From NCBI GenBank assembly GCA_049968255.1, contig JBMFRB010000001.1, positions 64,001 through 128,000 on the forward strand: a stretch of DNA of 64,000 nucleotides, written 5' to 3'. Position 1 is the stretch's first letter, and every line of letters begins with the position of its first letter. The position numbers and the translations under genes were made by a program. Below, in pieces: positions 19,483-29,863 of the stretch. Source of the DNA: Candidatus Sumerlaeaceae bacterium (GTDB lineage: Bacteria; Sumerlaeota; Sumerlaeia; Sumerlaeales; Sumerlaeaceae). The notes beneath the pieces were generated by a model. The model had not been told where the DNA came from, searched no databases, and saw nothing but the letters and a program-made list of their open reading frames with translations.

Positions 19483-20739
19483 ATGATTCGCTTCGAGCGG
19501 GTGACAAAAGCTTTTCGCGTACAACCCTCGAGCTCCGGCAGTGGGGTGCATCGCATGGCCAGCCGCGTTCGCTCGCTCATACGACCGCGCTACCACGAAG
19601 TTCTCCGCAATATATCGTTTGAAATCCCTCCGGGAGAATCTGTGGCGCTATTGGGCGTCAACGGGTGCGGCAAAACGACGCTGCTCCGTCTGGTCTGCGG
19701 CGTTACTCATCCCACCTCCGGCAAAGTGATCGTAAACGGACGTGCTGGTGGGCTTATCGAACTGACGGCGGGTTTTCATGAAGAGCTGAGCGGGTTGGAA
19801 AACATTTTCCTCAACGGGACTCTGCTGGGATTGACGCGAAAAGAGATTCGCCAAAGGCTGGAGGCAATTCTCGATTTCGCTGAACTGGGCGAATTCATCC
19901 ACACCCCGGTGAAACACTATTCTTGGGGAATGATGCTGCGCCTCGGCTTTTCCATAGCTGTGCACGCGGAGCTCGATGTTCTCGTTGTGGATGAGGCCCT
20001 CGCTGTGGGCGATGGCTATTTCCAATGGAAGTGCCTCCAGCGAATTGATGAGTTCAAACGAGCCGGCAAAACGCTGTTCTTTGTGTCGCACGTTCCGGCG
20101 CAGGCCGAGTCGGTATGTCGGCGCGCGATCTGGATTCACGATGGGACTATTCAGGCCGAGGGGTCGTCGGCCGAAGTCAGCAAGCAGTACGCGGATTTTG
20201 TGGTGCGGCGCCTTGCGGGCGAAGCGCCTACAAACCTACCGCTCGACCTTGTGGCATTAGTGCCAAGCCTGCGTTTCGGCACTGGCGACGTCATCATACG
20301 CGAGGTGAAGTTGACAGATGCCGAAGGCCGAGTCCGGCACCTCTTTTGCACTGGCGAGCCGGTGGTCTTGGAATGCGTCGTTGACGCAATGAAAGACATG
20401 GATGACCTGTGCATTGTGTTTCAGTTCGACCTGCCCAATCGCACGGTGGTGAAGGCCTCAACCCACCATCGCTGCGGCCCATTTAAGCTTAGCCGTGGCC
20501 GCCACAGAATTCTGCTAAAATTTACAGAGCTCTTGCTTTATGACGGAACGTATTACCTTACGTTTGGGTTGCGCACCGTTGCCCGCGTGACAATTCACGA
20601 CGCCCTTGTTCACATGTACACATTTGCAGTGAAAAACCCGAACCCTCGTTTTTCGGGTCGCGCGCTTTGCACCAAAGCCGAGTTAAATTGGGAACCTGCG
20701 GAGATCAAAATCCAGATGGAAAGCGGGGACCGAACCTAA
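19483..20739 (+). CDS. Wzt-type polysaccharide ABC exporter ATPase with C-terminal Wzt_C domain
   Basis: GVNGCGKTT, GFHEELSGLENI, YSWGM, VDEALAVGD, FVSH; C-terminal RFGTGD beta domain. Confidence 0.9.
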   Translation: MIRFERVTKAFRVQPSSSGSGVHRMASRVRSLIRPRYHEVLRNISFEIPPGESVALLGVNGCGKTTLLRLVCGVTHPTSGKVIVNGRAGGLIELTAGFHEELSGLENIFLNGTLLGLTRKEIRQRLEAILDFAELGEFIHTPVKHYSWGMMLRLGFSIAVHAELDVLVVDEALAVGDGYFQWKCLQRIDEFKRAGKTLFFVSHVPAQAESVCRRAIWIHDGTIQAEGSSAEVSKQYADFVVRRLAGEAPTNLPLDLVALVPSLRFGTGDVIIREVKLTDAEGRVRHLFCTGEPVVLECVVDAMKDMDDLCIVFQFDLPNRTVVKASTHHRCGPFKLSRGRHRILLKFTELLLYDGTYYLTFGLRTVARVTIHDALVHMYTFAVKNPNPRFSGRALCTKAELNWEPAEIKIQMESGDRT

Positions 20740-20810
20740 GCAGGCCAAGCGAATAGGTAACATCGGCAAGGAGTATAAAAAAATGCAAATGCCTCAGAGG
20801 CGAAGAGCGC

Positions 20811-20886
20811 AGGCGAGTGGCGCAATTGGCAGCGCATCTGACTCTGGATCAGAGGGTTCTAGGTTCGAATCCTAGCTCGCCTGCCA
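20811..20886 (+). tRNA. tRNA-Gln, anticodon CTG
   Basis: Full cloverleaf: AGGCGAG/CTCGCCT acceptor, GCGC D-stem, TCTGA-CTCTGGA-TCAGA, CTAGG-TTCGAAT-CCTAG, G73, encoded CCA. Confidence 0.97.
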
Positions 20887-20976
20887 ATATATTTATGTCC
20901 ACACTGGGGGATAGAGACCTTCGCGGGTGCTCTGACGCACAGATGGATTTCCAAGGTCTGAGGTGCCATAATCATA

Positions 20977-21005
20977 TTGCCATTGCCCCCGTGGACTCCT
21001 ACACT
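20977..21005 (+). promoter_or_regulatory. Putative sigma70 promoter
   Basis: TTGCCA-17 nt-TACACT, 20 nt before ATG 21026. Confidence 0.5.
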
Positions 21006-21025
21006 GAGTTTCAGAAAGTTGACGC

Positions 21026-22750
21026 ATGGCAGCCTATCTTTATCCCAGCAAAGAACTGAATCTGGGCGATAAGCCGTTTGAACTCAAGGGGCGTGTCGTG
21101 ACGCTCGGGCGACATCCCAACAACGATATTTCGTTGCTCATGGAATCGATTTCTCGCTTTCACGCGAAACTCGAGCTCGTGGGAACACGATGGGTGGTCA
21201 GCGACCTGAATTCGAGCAATGGAACATTTCTCAACGGTGAGCGTATCGCCACACCGCGCCCATTATCTGAAGGGGACGTCCTTACGCTGGGGCGGGCTGA
21301 TTTCATTTTCTCCTATTTGTCGCCCGAAGAGCGTGAACGCCACGCGAGAGAAGGGACCACGCCAACGCCTCAGATGTCGAGCGGGGTCAACCTCCTCGGC
21401 GAGGATGAGAGTTCGAGCACAATTCTCTCCACGAAATTGAGTGTAGAAGCTACCCCACTACCGACCCGTTTTTTTGCCGAAGTCGGAGTGGACCTCCCAG
21501 CACTTCGGCGGGCAAACGAGCGTCTGCTGGCTCTCTACGAACTGAACGAGATCATTCGCACGAGCACGACAACGCAGGAAATGCTCGAGCGCGCCATGGA
21601 TCTGATCTTCGAATGCTTGCCGGCAGACCGTGGCGTGATCTTGACGGTAGAGGCACCCGGCGCACAGCTTGAGCCACAGGTTGTGAGGTTCAGGGATCCC
21701 AACACATCCGGCGAATTAGCGATTAGCAAAACGATTGTCGAGAAGGCCATGCGCGAGCAGGTGGCGATTCTCAGCCGCGATGCCAGTCTCGACTCGCGTT
21801 TTACGGGAAGTGAATCAATCATTGCGCACGACATTCGTTCGACGATGTGCGTGCCAATGGTTTCGAAGAAGAACGTCCTCGGAATCATCTTCGTCGATAG
21901 TCGGGAGCGCGTGCACTCGTTTACTGAGGATGATCTTGCATTTTTAGCGTCGCTCGCGAATGATCTGGCTATTTCCATTGAAAATGCTAACTTGTTACAA
22001 GAAAGTATTAAAAATGAGCGACTGGCAGCGGTGGGCCAGACGATTGCCGGTCTGGCACACAACATCAAAAACATTCTCCAACTTGCGCGGGGGGGAATCG
22101 AGCTCCTTGATGCTGCCGTGGCCAAGCGCAATGTTGAGGACATTGAGACTTTCTGGCCGATCGTAAAGCGCGGCATCGAGCGCATGCAGCAGCTCACCCA
22201 AGAAATGCTGGATTTCTCGCGGCAAACAAAACCGGAGTTGGTAGAAGCAGCGATCAATGATGTTGTCCTGGATACCGTTCGCTCCTTCGAAAAAGATGCC
22301 GTGGAATGTGGTGTCGAGATCGAGCTCGAGCTCGCACAAGATCTGCCGCGTCGCAGGATAGATCCGAACGGCTTGTGCAAAAGCTTACTCAATTTGCTGA
22401 CCAACGCAGTGGATGCGTTCGAAGGTCGGGGTGGCAAAATCGTTATCACAACTTCTTGCGAAAACGACGTCGTTTATCTCAGGGTGCAAGATAACGGAAA
22501 AGGAATCCCACGTGATAAGCTTGGCCGTATCTTCCAGCCATTCTTCACCACGAAAGGATCGAAAGGAACGGGGCTGGGACTGGCAATGACCAAGAAATAC
22601 ATCGAAGATATGGGTGGCACAATCAGCGTGCAATCTGTCGAAGGCCAAGGCACAACATTTACGATCGCTTTCCCGCCGCCGCCCAAAGAGATTACTTTCG
22701 ATCTCGAGGATGGCCTGACGCGCGGCGACGACGCTCCGAAAACAAAATAA
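21026..22750 (+). CDS. Cytoplasmic FHA-GAF-histidine kinase
   Basis: FHA LGR...ISRFHA...DLNSSNGTFLNG; GAF IRSTMCVPM; H-box GLAHNIKNIL; FFTTKG-GTGLGL. Confidence 0.92.
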   Translation: MAAYLYPSKELNLGDKPFELKGRVVTLGRHPNNDISLLMESISRFHAKLELVGTRWVVSDLNSSNGTFLNGERIATPRPLSEGDVLTLGRADFIFSYLSPEERERHAREGTTPTPQMSSGVNLLGEDESSSTILSTKLSVEATPLPTRFFAEVGVDLPALRRANERLLALYELNEIIRTSTTTQEMLERAMDLIFECLPADRGVILTVEAPGAQLEPQVVRFRDPNTSGELAISKTIVEKAMREQVAILSRDASLDSRFTGSESIIAHDIRSTMCVPMVSKKNVLGIIFVDSRERVHSFTEDDLAFLASLANDLAISIENANLLQESIKNERLAAVGQTIAGLAHNIKNILQLARGGIELLDAAVAKRNVEDIETFWPIVKRGIERMQQLTQEMLDFSRQTKPELVEAAINDVVLDTVRSFEKDAVECGVEIELELAQDLPRRRIDPNGLCKSLLNLLTNAVDAFEGRGGKIVITTSCENDVVYLRVQDNGKGIPRDKLGRIFQPFFTTKGSKGTGLGLAMTKKYIEDMGGTISVQSVEGQGTTFTIAFPPPPKEITFDLEDGLTRGDDAPKTK

Positions 22751-22782
22751 CAGATTCGTAAGGCGCTCCACCCCGAGGATGG

Positions 22783-24732
22783 TTATTTTTCCATCGGCGC
22801 CGCCTCGCCAACAGTTTCAATAGCGAGGGAATAGATTTTTAGCGCAATCTTTGTCCGACGTGGACATTCGACGGTGTCGGTCCGATCAACCCGCAATTCC
22901 AAAGTCAGCGATTTCGCTTCCTCTTCGATCTCGATAGGCAGTTCGAGGTTCGTTTCGTCTTCGAGCGTGGCTTGAATTTGCTCTGCTCCAACCCGCATCA
23001 CGACATTCACACGACGGTCCAGCCATTCCCCCGAGTCAGGACAAATGAAATCGGGTGACGCATGGAGACGTAGCACATAATGGCCAGGCTCCAGTGAAAC
23101 CGGAAGCGAGATCAGAGCCTTCTCGCGGGTCAGCCACACGCAGCGTCGCCCGCTGAGCTCATATTGCAGCGAAGGGAAATCGGTTGCGAATTCAGGTCCA
23201 CGGAATGGCCGATCGTGTGGCCCGAACAGAAAAAGGGTGGCGGTGGTGGGCTGGTCCATGACACGCAAGGTATCAGGATCGTCATACCAAAGGCGCAAAC
23301 TGACCATATCAAACTTTTGCGCGGCAGCGGCCAGATTCAAACGTTCGCGGAAAAGCGCTTGCGCCTGACTGAACTGATCGAGAGCTCCCCAGAGAGTGTA
23401 AGGGTGTGCCTCACGCCACGGAAACTGATAGCTCGTAAAATAAATAACTTGATTTCTTGGCACCGCGGCCCACTTTTCAAAGAAATCGCTAGCGGTGACG
23501 ATTTGGTAGCGGTCTCCAAGAAAATAGCGACTCATCCGCTCCGCAAAATCCGGCCACGTAACAACCACTGCTCCCTCCGCCGCGTTTTGCTCGATTGCTT
23601 TGGCCACCTTGGCATACGGTGGGTTGTTTGGCTCGCGGTTTTGGGCGCCCAATCCTTTTAGCATCATGAGTGCAGCCAGAACCGTTGCTGGCAGGCGGAC
23701 CAAAATATGGCTGTGAGCCAAAAGAATGCCAAATGAAAGATAAACAAGAGGCAAGGCCAGGACGGGTGTGGCGAAAGGCATGAAACGCGTACGCCCGCTC
23801 TGGCTCCATAAGAAGGGAAGCAGCACAATAAGCAACGAAGCGAGGAGCGTGCTTTTCGCCGCACCAGCACGGCGCCGCACGACATGCACGAGAGCCGGTG
23901 CCAGTAAGAGGTAAACGAGGCCGAAAAAGGTAAGCCACAAAGCGTTAGTGCGAAAACTCAATCCAAGAAAGAATGCGTTTGTGACAACCTTGAGCAATTC
24001 TGACCATTGCGGCCGTGGATCATACCAACTGGCTTTCGTCGGCATGATAGCGAGCCAAGGTAGCGAGATCACTGCAACGACGAAGTGATGAAAGAGCACG
24101 ACAGCCAATGGCGGCAGCCGACGCCAACGCAACCGCGAAGCCGTGGCCCGCAACCACCATAGGCGGACGAGATGCAACGCAAGAAAAGAGGTGGCGACAA
24201 ATGCAGCTTCGCGGTGAAGGTGAAGCAAGACGATCAGAAGGCCGTCATAAAGGAGCCACAGACGCACGGAGTGCTCTTCGCGCATGTGCTGAAAAACAAC
24301 GAACGTGAGCAGGACCACACATGCGGCAAACACTAAAGGTTCCGCTTGCTGCGAGTAGAAGATGTGAAGTGGTGACAGAGCAAGCAAGAAAGCCGACATT
24401 AGCGACGCGCCTTCGCTTGCAAAACGTCGAATAAGAAGATACAGAAGTGGCACGGTAAGCGCACCCATCAGAAGCGAGGGAAGACGAATAAGCCAAAGCG
24501 ACGTTCCCACAAAAGTCACTGGCTTGAGAATGCCGTAGTAAACTGGCGGACAAAGGTCTATTTGCTCTGTGCGTAAGTAGTCCGCAAAGGGCAGTAGGGC
24601 ATCGAGCGTAGCAATAATTTCGGGAAAACCTGGCAGTTCGGCGTTGCGGAAATTGTAGACGCGCATGCCCAGAGCAATAAGAAAAAGAAATGCGGCGACG
24701 ACATAATGACGTAGCTTAGACATCAGAGACAT
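22783..24732 (-). CDS. GT-C fold (PMT/GT39-like) membrane glycosyltransferase with C-terminal soluble domain
   Basis: D-CPPVYY, IRLPSLLMG, LALSPLHIFYSQ; about 11-13 TM then a hydrophilic beta-rich domain. Confidence 0.75.
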   Translation of the reverse strand: MSLMSKLRHYVVAAFLFLIALGMRVYNFRNAELPGFPEIIATLDALLPFADYLRTEQIDLCPPVYYGILKPVTFVGTSLWLIRLPSLLMGALTVPLLYLLIRRFASEGASLMSAFLLALSPLHIFYSQQAEPLVFAACVVLLTFVVFQHMREEHSVRLWLLYDGLLIVLLHLHREAAFVATSFLALHLVRLWWLRATASRLRWRRLPPLAVVLFHHFVVAVISLPWLAIMPTKASWYDPRPQWSELLKVVTNAFFLGLSFRTNALWLTFFGLVYLLLAPALVHVVRRRAGAAKSTLLASLLIVLLPFLWSQSGRTRFMPFATPVLALPLVYLSFGILLAHSHILVRLPATVLAALMMLKGLGAQNREPNNPPYAKVAKAIEQNAAEGAVVVTWPDFAERMSRYFLGDRYQIVTASDFFEKWAAVPRNQVIYFTSYQFPWREAHPYTLWGALDQFSQAQALFRERLNLAAAAQKFDMVSLRLWYDDPDTLRVMDQPTTATLFLFGPHDRPFRGPEFATDFPSLQYELSGRRCVWLTREKALISLPVSLEPGHYVLRLHASPDFICPDSGEWLDRRVNVVMRVGAEQIQATLEDETNLELPIEIEEEAKSLTLELRVDRTDTVECPRRTKIALKIYSLAIETVGEAAPMEK

Positions 24733-24858
24733 TGTCTAAGTTGATAGGAATCGAGAAGCGAGAGAATTTGTTTTACGCATGCGCAAGTTCCGAGAGAATT
24801 GCTAAGCCCCAAGGCAGACGGGAGTGTGCGCGCGATTTGGTAACGATGAGAACGACTA

Positions 24859-25596
24859 ATGAAACAACGCAGCGCTGACAAATCGAATAACGTAGACCAG
24901 ACGGCGTGGCTGGCTGCAGCCATACTCTTGCTTCTCAGCTGTTGGCCGAACGCACTTCTTGCAGATCATGCTCTGACGCAGGACGGGACAGGACTCTTCA
25001 ATGTTTCGGTGGAACAAACTGCGACGACATGGAGCCGCCCGCTTCGCGTACGGTGGCACAGCGATAGCTTCGAGTACGACTACGATCGCCATCAAATCAT
25101 TCGCGCTGAATCGGAAGGATCAACGCTGGTTTGGCTGGCTGACGTTATCACAACAGAAGCTGTGGTGGGTAAAAACGAGGCACGCGAGCTAATGAGGCGT
25201 ATGCGTTGGCACCGATATGTTCCGCCGCCTCCGCGTGTTGTTGCGCTTCCTACACCAACGCCCTTGCCCACAGCCACCCCGACACCAGAAATTGTGAGCT
25301 CAAAAGCAGAGCTTGCGGATCAATCGCTTCCGCTGAGGGAACGTCTCGAAAAACAGCGAGAGATTTTTCTCACTCAGCAGCAGGCATTAGCCGAACAACT
25401 CCGGTTCGCGGAGCGCATGCACAGTGTTACTAACGAGGAGGCAACGGCGCTGAGGAAAAAGCTGCTCGAGAGGCAAATTTTGATTTTGAAACGGTATTTC
25501 CCACCGAACGAGGAAACAGTACAGCTGACGATTGAGGCGCTTGAGGATCAGATTCATCAGGTGGATCAAAAAGGAAAGTTTAGCTGGGAATTTTGA
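24859..25596 (+). CDS. Secreted hypothetical protein with Pro/Thr linker and helical C-terminus
   Basis: Hydrophobic signal segment; PTPTPLPTATPTP; ends FSWEF. Confidence 0.7.
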   Translation: MKQRSADKSNNVDQTAWLAAAILLLLSCWPNALLADHALTQDGTGLFNVSVEQTATTWSRPLRVRWHSDSFEYDYDRHQIIRAESEGSTLVWLADVITTEAVVGKNEARELMRRMRWHRYVPPPPRVVALPTPTPLPTATPTPEIVSSKAELADQSLPLRERLEKQREIFLTQQQALAEQLRFAERMHSVTNEEATALRKKLLERQILILKRYFPPNEETVQLTIEALEDQIHQVDQKGKFSWEF

Positions 25597-25716
25597 GTGA
25601 ATGAATGATTTGCGAACGACCGTGTAAACTTGCGCGGGTTTTATACACAAGTGAGACGAAATAGGCCACTAAGACCAGCAAAGAAAAAGACCGTTAAAGA
25701 ACGACCTGCGCAGAAT

Positions 25717-25932
25717 ATGGGTGAAAAGGGAATCGAGTTACAGGGGACCGTAATCGAACCACTGCCGAACTGCATGTTTCGGGTCGAGCTCGAAAATGGA
25801 ATGAAAATTTTAGCGCACATTTCAGGCAAGATGCGGATGCATTATATTCGCATTTTGCCTGGCGACAAGGTGACAGTTGAGCTGTCGCCTTATGACCTCA
25901 ACAGAGGGCGCATCATTTATCGGTTCAAATAA
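25717..25932 (+). CDS. infA: Translation initiation factor IF-1
   Basis: [39 protein letters not shown]. Confidence 0.98.
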   Translation: MGEKGIELQGTVIEPLPNCMFRVELENGMKILAHISGKMRMHYIRILPGDKVTVELSPYDLNRGRIIYRFK

Positions 25933-25984
25933 GGGCGAACATTGCGCGGCCCAAAATTCACTTTCTCTATGAGGAAGAACTGCA

Positions 25985-26098
25985 ATGAAGGTACGACCAT
26001 CGGTAAAATTGATCTGCAAGAAGTGCAAAATGATTCGCCGCAAAGGCGTGCTTCGTGTTATTTGCGAGAACCCTAAGCACAAGCAGCGTCAGGGATAA
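25985..26098 (+). CDS. rpmJ: 50S ribosomal protein L36 (not in the ORF track)
   Basis: Translated by hand: [37 protein letters not shown]. Confidence 0.98.
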   Translation: MKVRPSVKLICKKCKMIRRKGVLRVICENPKHKQRQG

Positions 26099-26248
26099 GT
26101 TATCTCGACGAGTGCCGACCGCTACCGCGGGGCGCGATGTAGTCGAAAGTTGAGGGGGAATTTATCCCCCAGAACCTGATACGAGGAGATCAACGAATGC
26201 CGGAGCTCGCGGTAGTAGGCGCGGGCGTGGCACGAGAGGCAGAATGAT

Positions 26249-26626
<378 letters not shown>

Positions 26627-26632
26627 GGTCCT

Positions 26633-27043
26633 ATGGCTGAGAAAAAAGGCAAAGCGGCAAGCGCCGCCACAAAGGTTAAGAAAAAAGCGCGCAAGAATGT
26701 TGCTAACGCGATCGCACACATCCTCGCGACGTTCAACAATACGATTGTGAACATCAGTGACGAAGCAGGAAATACGATCGCGTGGGCATCGAGCGGTAGC
26801 GCTGGCTTCAAGGGTTCACGCAAGAGCACGCCATTCGCTGCTCAGCTCGCGGCTGAGCAGGCCGCGCGCAAAGCCATGGAGCACGGCGTGCGTACGGTAA
26901 AGGTCTACGTCAAGGGGCCGGGAAGTGGGCGTGATGCAGCAATTCGAAGCTTGCAGGCTGTCGGCCTGACGATCACTCTTATCAAGGACGTTACGCCAAT
27001 TCCGCACAACGGGTGCCGTCCGCCGAAGCGTCGGCGCGTATAA
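26633..27043 (+). CDS. rpsK: 30S ribosomal protein S11
   Basis: [32 protein letters not shown]. Confidence 0.99.
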   Translation: MAEKKGKAASAATKVKKKARKNVANAIAHILATFNNTIVNISDEAGNTIAWASSGSAGFKGSRKSTPFAAQLAAEQAARKAMEHGVRTVKVYVKGPGSGRDAAIRSLQAVGLTITLIKDVTPIPHNGCRPPKRRRV

Positions 27044-27105
27044 CCCTTGCTGCTGGTAATCCGGGGCGAAAATGAGTCGAAGACTACAGGTTATGGGGCG
27101 TCACG

Positions 27106-27387
27106 ATGATTGAGGTCAATAGCCTCTGGGCCCCGGCACTTATGGTGTTAGTGGCCGTTGGTGGGAGGCTTTACTTTCGCGAGCGTCAACTTTCGCTTCG
27201 GTCCAGGATTGTCCTCATCATCGGAGCGCTTTGCCTCATGGCCTTGTGGGGCATAAGAACAAATGAATCTAGCATTGCGCCATGGTGTATGCTCGGTTTC
27301 GGCGCATTTGTGCTAGTAACAAGTTTGCTTTTTTTGCGACGATTCGAAAAACAATCGGCTGTGGAAAGCAAGTCGGGGTCGGGATGA
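27106..27387 (+). CDS. Small three-TM hypothetical protein inside the alpha operon
   Basis: 93 codons, three hydrophobic helices with Arg-rich flanks, GGGG upstream of ATG; fills the rpsK-rpsD gap. Confidence 0.55.
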   Translation: MIEVNSLWAPALMVLVAVGGRLYFRERQLSLRSRIVLIIGALCLMALWGIRTNESSIAPWCMLGFGAFVLVTSLLFLRRFEKQSAVESKSGSG

Positions 27388-27501
27388 AAGTGTGCCTTCC
27401 TTGTGAAACGCGGTAGCCCACCTATCGCAACACTGTAAACCGCCCCAAAACTGACCAACAGAAAAACTGTCTAGAAGGACAAGGAAAGGAAAGAAGGCAA
27501 A

Positions 27502-28131
27502 GTGGGACGATATCTTGATGCACGTTGTCGGTTGTGCCGACGGGAGGGGACAAAGCTGTTCCTCAAGGGGGAGCGCTGTCTCACAAGTAAATGTGCGATC
27601 GAGCGGCGCAATTATGCCCCTGGCCAGCATGGTCAGAACCGCGCGAAGCTCTCGACGTATGGGCTTCAATTGCGGGAAAAACAAAAAGCAAAGCGTATTT
27701 ACGGCGTACTCGAGCGTCAGTTCCGACGCTATTTTGCGCTTGCGGAGCGCATGCGCGGAGTCACGGGTACCGTCCTTCTCCAATTGCTCGAGCGTCGGCT
27801 TGATAACATCGTCTACCGGCTCGGCATAGCGAGTTCTCGGTCACAGGCTCGTCAGTTTGTGCGCCACGGCCACATTTTGATCAACGGTCGGCACGTGAAC
27901 ATTCCTTCTTACCTCGTGAAACCCGGCCAAGAGATTTCGGTTGCTGGAAATGCACGCGAGTTCAAGCTCATCCGCGAGAACGTGGAAGCCGCACAACAGC
28001 GCAGCACCATCTTGCCGTGGCTGGAGTGGAATCCGGAGAAGCTCGCGGGCAAACTGTTGGCTGTTCCATCGCGTGAGGACATTCCGACGGAAATCAACGA
28101 GCAGCGCATTGTCGAACTGTACTCCAAGTAA
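27502..28131 (+). CDS. rpsD: 30S ribosomal protein S4
   Basis: CRLCRRE, PGQHG, LREKQK, LERRLDN; GTG start. Confidence 0.99.
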   Translation: MGRYLDARCRLCRREGTKLFLKGERCLTSKCAIERRNYAPGQHGQNRAKLSTYGLQLREKQKAKRIYGVLERQFRRYFALAERMRGVTGTVLLQLLERRLDNIVYRLGIASSRSQARQFVRHGHILINGRHVNIPSYLVKPGQEISVAGNAREFKLIRENVEAAQQRSTILPWLEWNPEKLAGKLLAVPSREDIPTEINEQRIVELYSK

Positions 28132-28232
28132 TGAAAAGTGTATGAGTGCAGGACCGTGCCAAGCGGCAGGGTGGGTCCCAGGATACTGATCAACGAGCGA
28201 AGTGAGTGGCGCAAAATAGGAGAAACGGTGCT

Positions 28233-29297
28233 ATGGAATTCAAACCTCTGATCAAGGGTTGTGAGGTAAAAGTTGACGAAGAGACTTTGTCTCCGACGTT
28301 TGGTCGATTTATTGCGGGCCCATTTGAGCGCGGTTTTGGAACCACAATCGGCAACTCGCTGCGGCGCATCCTCTTGAGCTCGATTCCGGGCGCAGCCATT
28401 GTGGCCGTAACGATCGCCGGAAAACCGCATGAGTTCGACGTGATCGAGGGCGTAAAAGAAGATATCCTCGACATCCTGCTCAACCTGAAGAACGTGCGCC
28501 TAAAAATGTTGCGCTCAAAAGGCGACACCGTGCTGCGGCTACAAGCAAATGGGCCCCGCGGTGAAAGTTCAGGCCCAAACATGATCACCGCCGGAGACTT
28601 TGCACCTAACTCGGATGTGGAGATTGTGAACCCGGAGCAACCTATTGCTACGCTTAGCAAGGGTGCTCATCTCGAAATGGAATGCCACGTGCGGATCGGA
28701 CGTGGTTACGTGAGTTCCCAGGATATCAAGCAAGAATATCCCGAGCTGGCGAAGTTCGGAACCATTATCCTAGATGCCGCATTCTCCCCCATCCTCAATG
28801 TGCGCTATGTGGTGGAAGCGGCTCGTTATGCTCGGCGCACCGACTACGATAAGTTGATTTTGGAAATTACGACCAACGGAACCGTGAAACCGCAAGATGC
28901 ATTGAGCTGCGCGGCAAAACTGCTGAAGGACCACATGTCGTACTTCATTACTTCGGAAGACGAAGCAGCCGAGCGAGCAGCCGAGGAAGAAGAAAAGCAG
29001 ATCGAAGAGGCCATCCGCGAGTTGCAAGAAAAACTCGACAAATCCATCGAGGAGCTCGAGCTTAGCGTCCGCAGCTATAACTGCCTCGAACACGCGGGCA
29101 TCAAGACCATTCGCGATCTCATCCAGAAGACCGAAAGTGAAATGCTCAAATACCGGAATTTCGGTCGAAAATCTCTCAACGAGATCAAGAGCATTCTCAA
29201 GGAGATGGGGTTGCGGTTTAACATGGAAATTGACCCTGAGACTGGGCTGCCCTTGGGGATATTTCCCTCTGAAAAGCTCGAAGCTTTGAAGAAATAA
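28233..29297 (+). CDS. rpoA: RNA polymerase alpha subunit
   Basis: ERGFGTTIGNSLRRILLSS, LELSVRSYNCL, RNFGRKS; SD AGGAG before ATG 28233. Confidence 0.99.
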   Translation: MEFKPLIKGCEVKVDEETLSPTFGRFIAGPFERGFGTTIGNSLRRILLSSIPGAAIVAVTIAGKPHEFDVIEGVKEDILDILLNLKNVRLKMLRSKGDTVLRLQANGPRGESSGPNMITAGDFAPNSDVEIVNPEQPIATLSKGAHLEMECHVRIGRGYVSSQDIKQEYPELAKFGTIILDAAFSPILNVRYVVEAARYARRTDYDKLILEITTNGTVKPQDALSCAAKLLKDHMSYFITSEDEAAERAAEEEEKQIEEAIRELQEKLDKSIEELELSVRSYNCLEHAGIKTIRDLIQKTESEMLKYRNFGRKSLNEIKSILKEMGLRFNMEIDPETGLPLGIFPSEKLEALKK

Positions 29298-29319
29298 CTG
29301 GAGTTAGGGAAAGACTGCC

Positions 29320-29796
29320 ATGCGACATAGACGTCATCGTTCGAGACTCAACCGCACAACAGAACACCGCAAAGCGTTGATGCGTAACTTAGCTATTGCG
29401 CTGATTCAGCACGAGATCATCAGAACGACCGAGGCGAAAGCGAAGCAGCTTCGTCAATTCGTTGAGCGGCTGGTGACGATCGCCAAAGACGGCGTGAAGG
29501 CTGCTGATCCGGCTGGCGTGACCCTGGCCAAGCGGCGCCTTGCATTTTCCTACCTGCAACACAAGGAGGCTGTGAAGCGCCTTTTTGAGACGATCGCCCC
29601 ACGTTGCTTGGAGAGGCCGGGCGGATACACGCGTGTCGTGAAATGTGGGCGTCGGATGGGTGATGGTGCCCCGATGGCCTACATTGAGTTTGTGGATCGT
29701 CCTGTCGTTATTCCGGAGTTGGACGAACCCAAAAAGGGACGCGCGCGTCGACGGCGCGAGAAAGAAGCTGCTCAGGCAGCTAGCGCTGAAGTCTAG
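29320..29796 (+). CDS. rplQ: 50S ribosomal protein L17
   Basis: MRHR, IRTTEAKAK, RPGGYTR, GDGAPMAYIE. Confidence 0.99.
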   Translation: MRHRRHRSRLNRTTEHRKALMRNLAIALIQHEIIRTTEAKAKQLRQFVERLVTIAKDGVKAADPAGVTLAKRRLAFSYLQHKEAVKRLFETIAPRCLERPGGYTRVVKCGRRMGDGAPMAYIEFVDRPVVIPELDEPKKGRARRRREKEAAQAASAEV

Positions 29797-29863
29797 GTAG
29801 GGCGACGCGCGTCGGGATTTTCGCAACGCGGCTTGGACACGGAGTGAGCTTGCGCTTCGGAGC

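Noticed and set aside
20740-21025. tRNA-Gln as an island integration site
   Set aside because: No integrase, and no duplicated tRNA 3' end noticed in the window
25576-25596. C-terminal KFSWEF as a third copy of the sorting motif
   Set aside because: Lacks the VP and the terminal acidic residue; register differs
26143-26186. Hammerhead ribozyme (GAAA ... CTGATACGA)
   Set aside because: Core is not CUGANGA and the stem III/cleavage-site geometry does not fit
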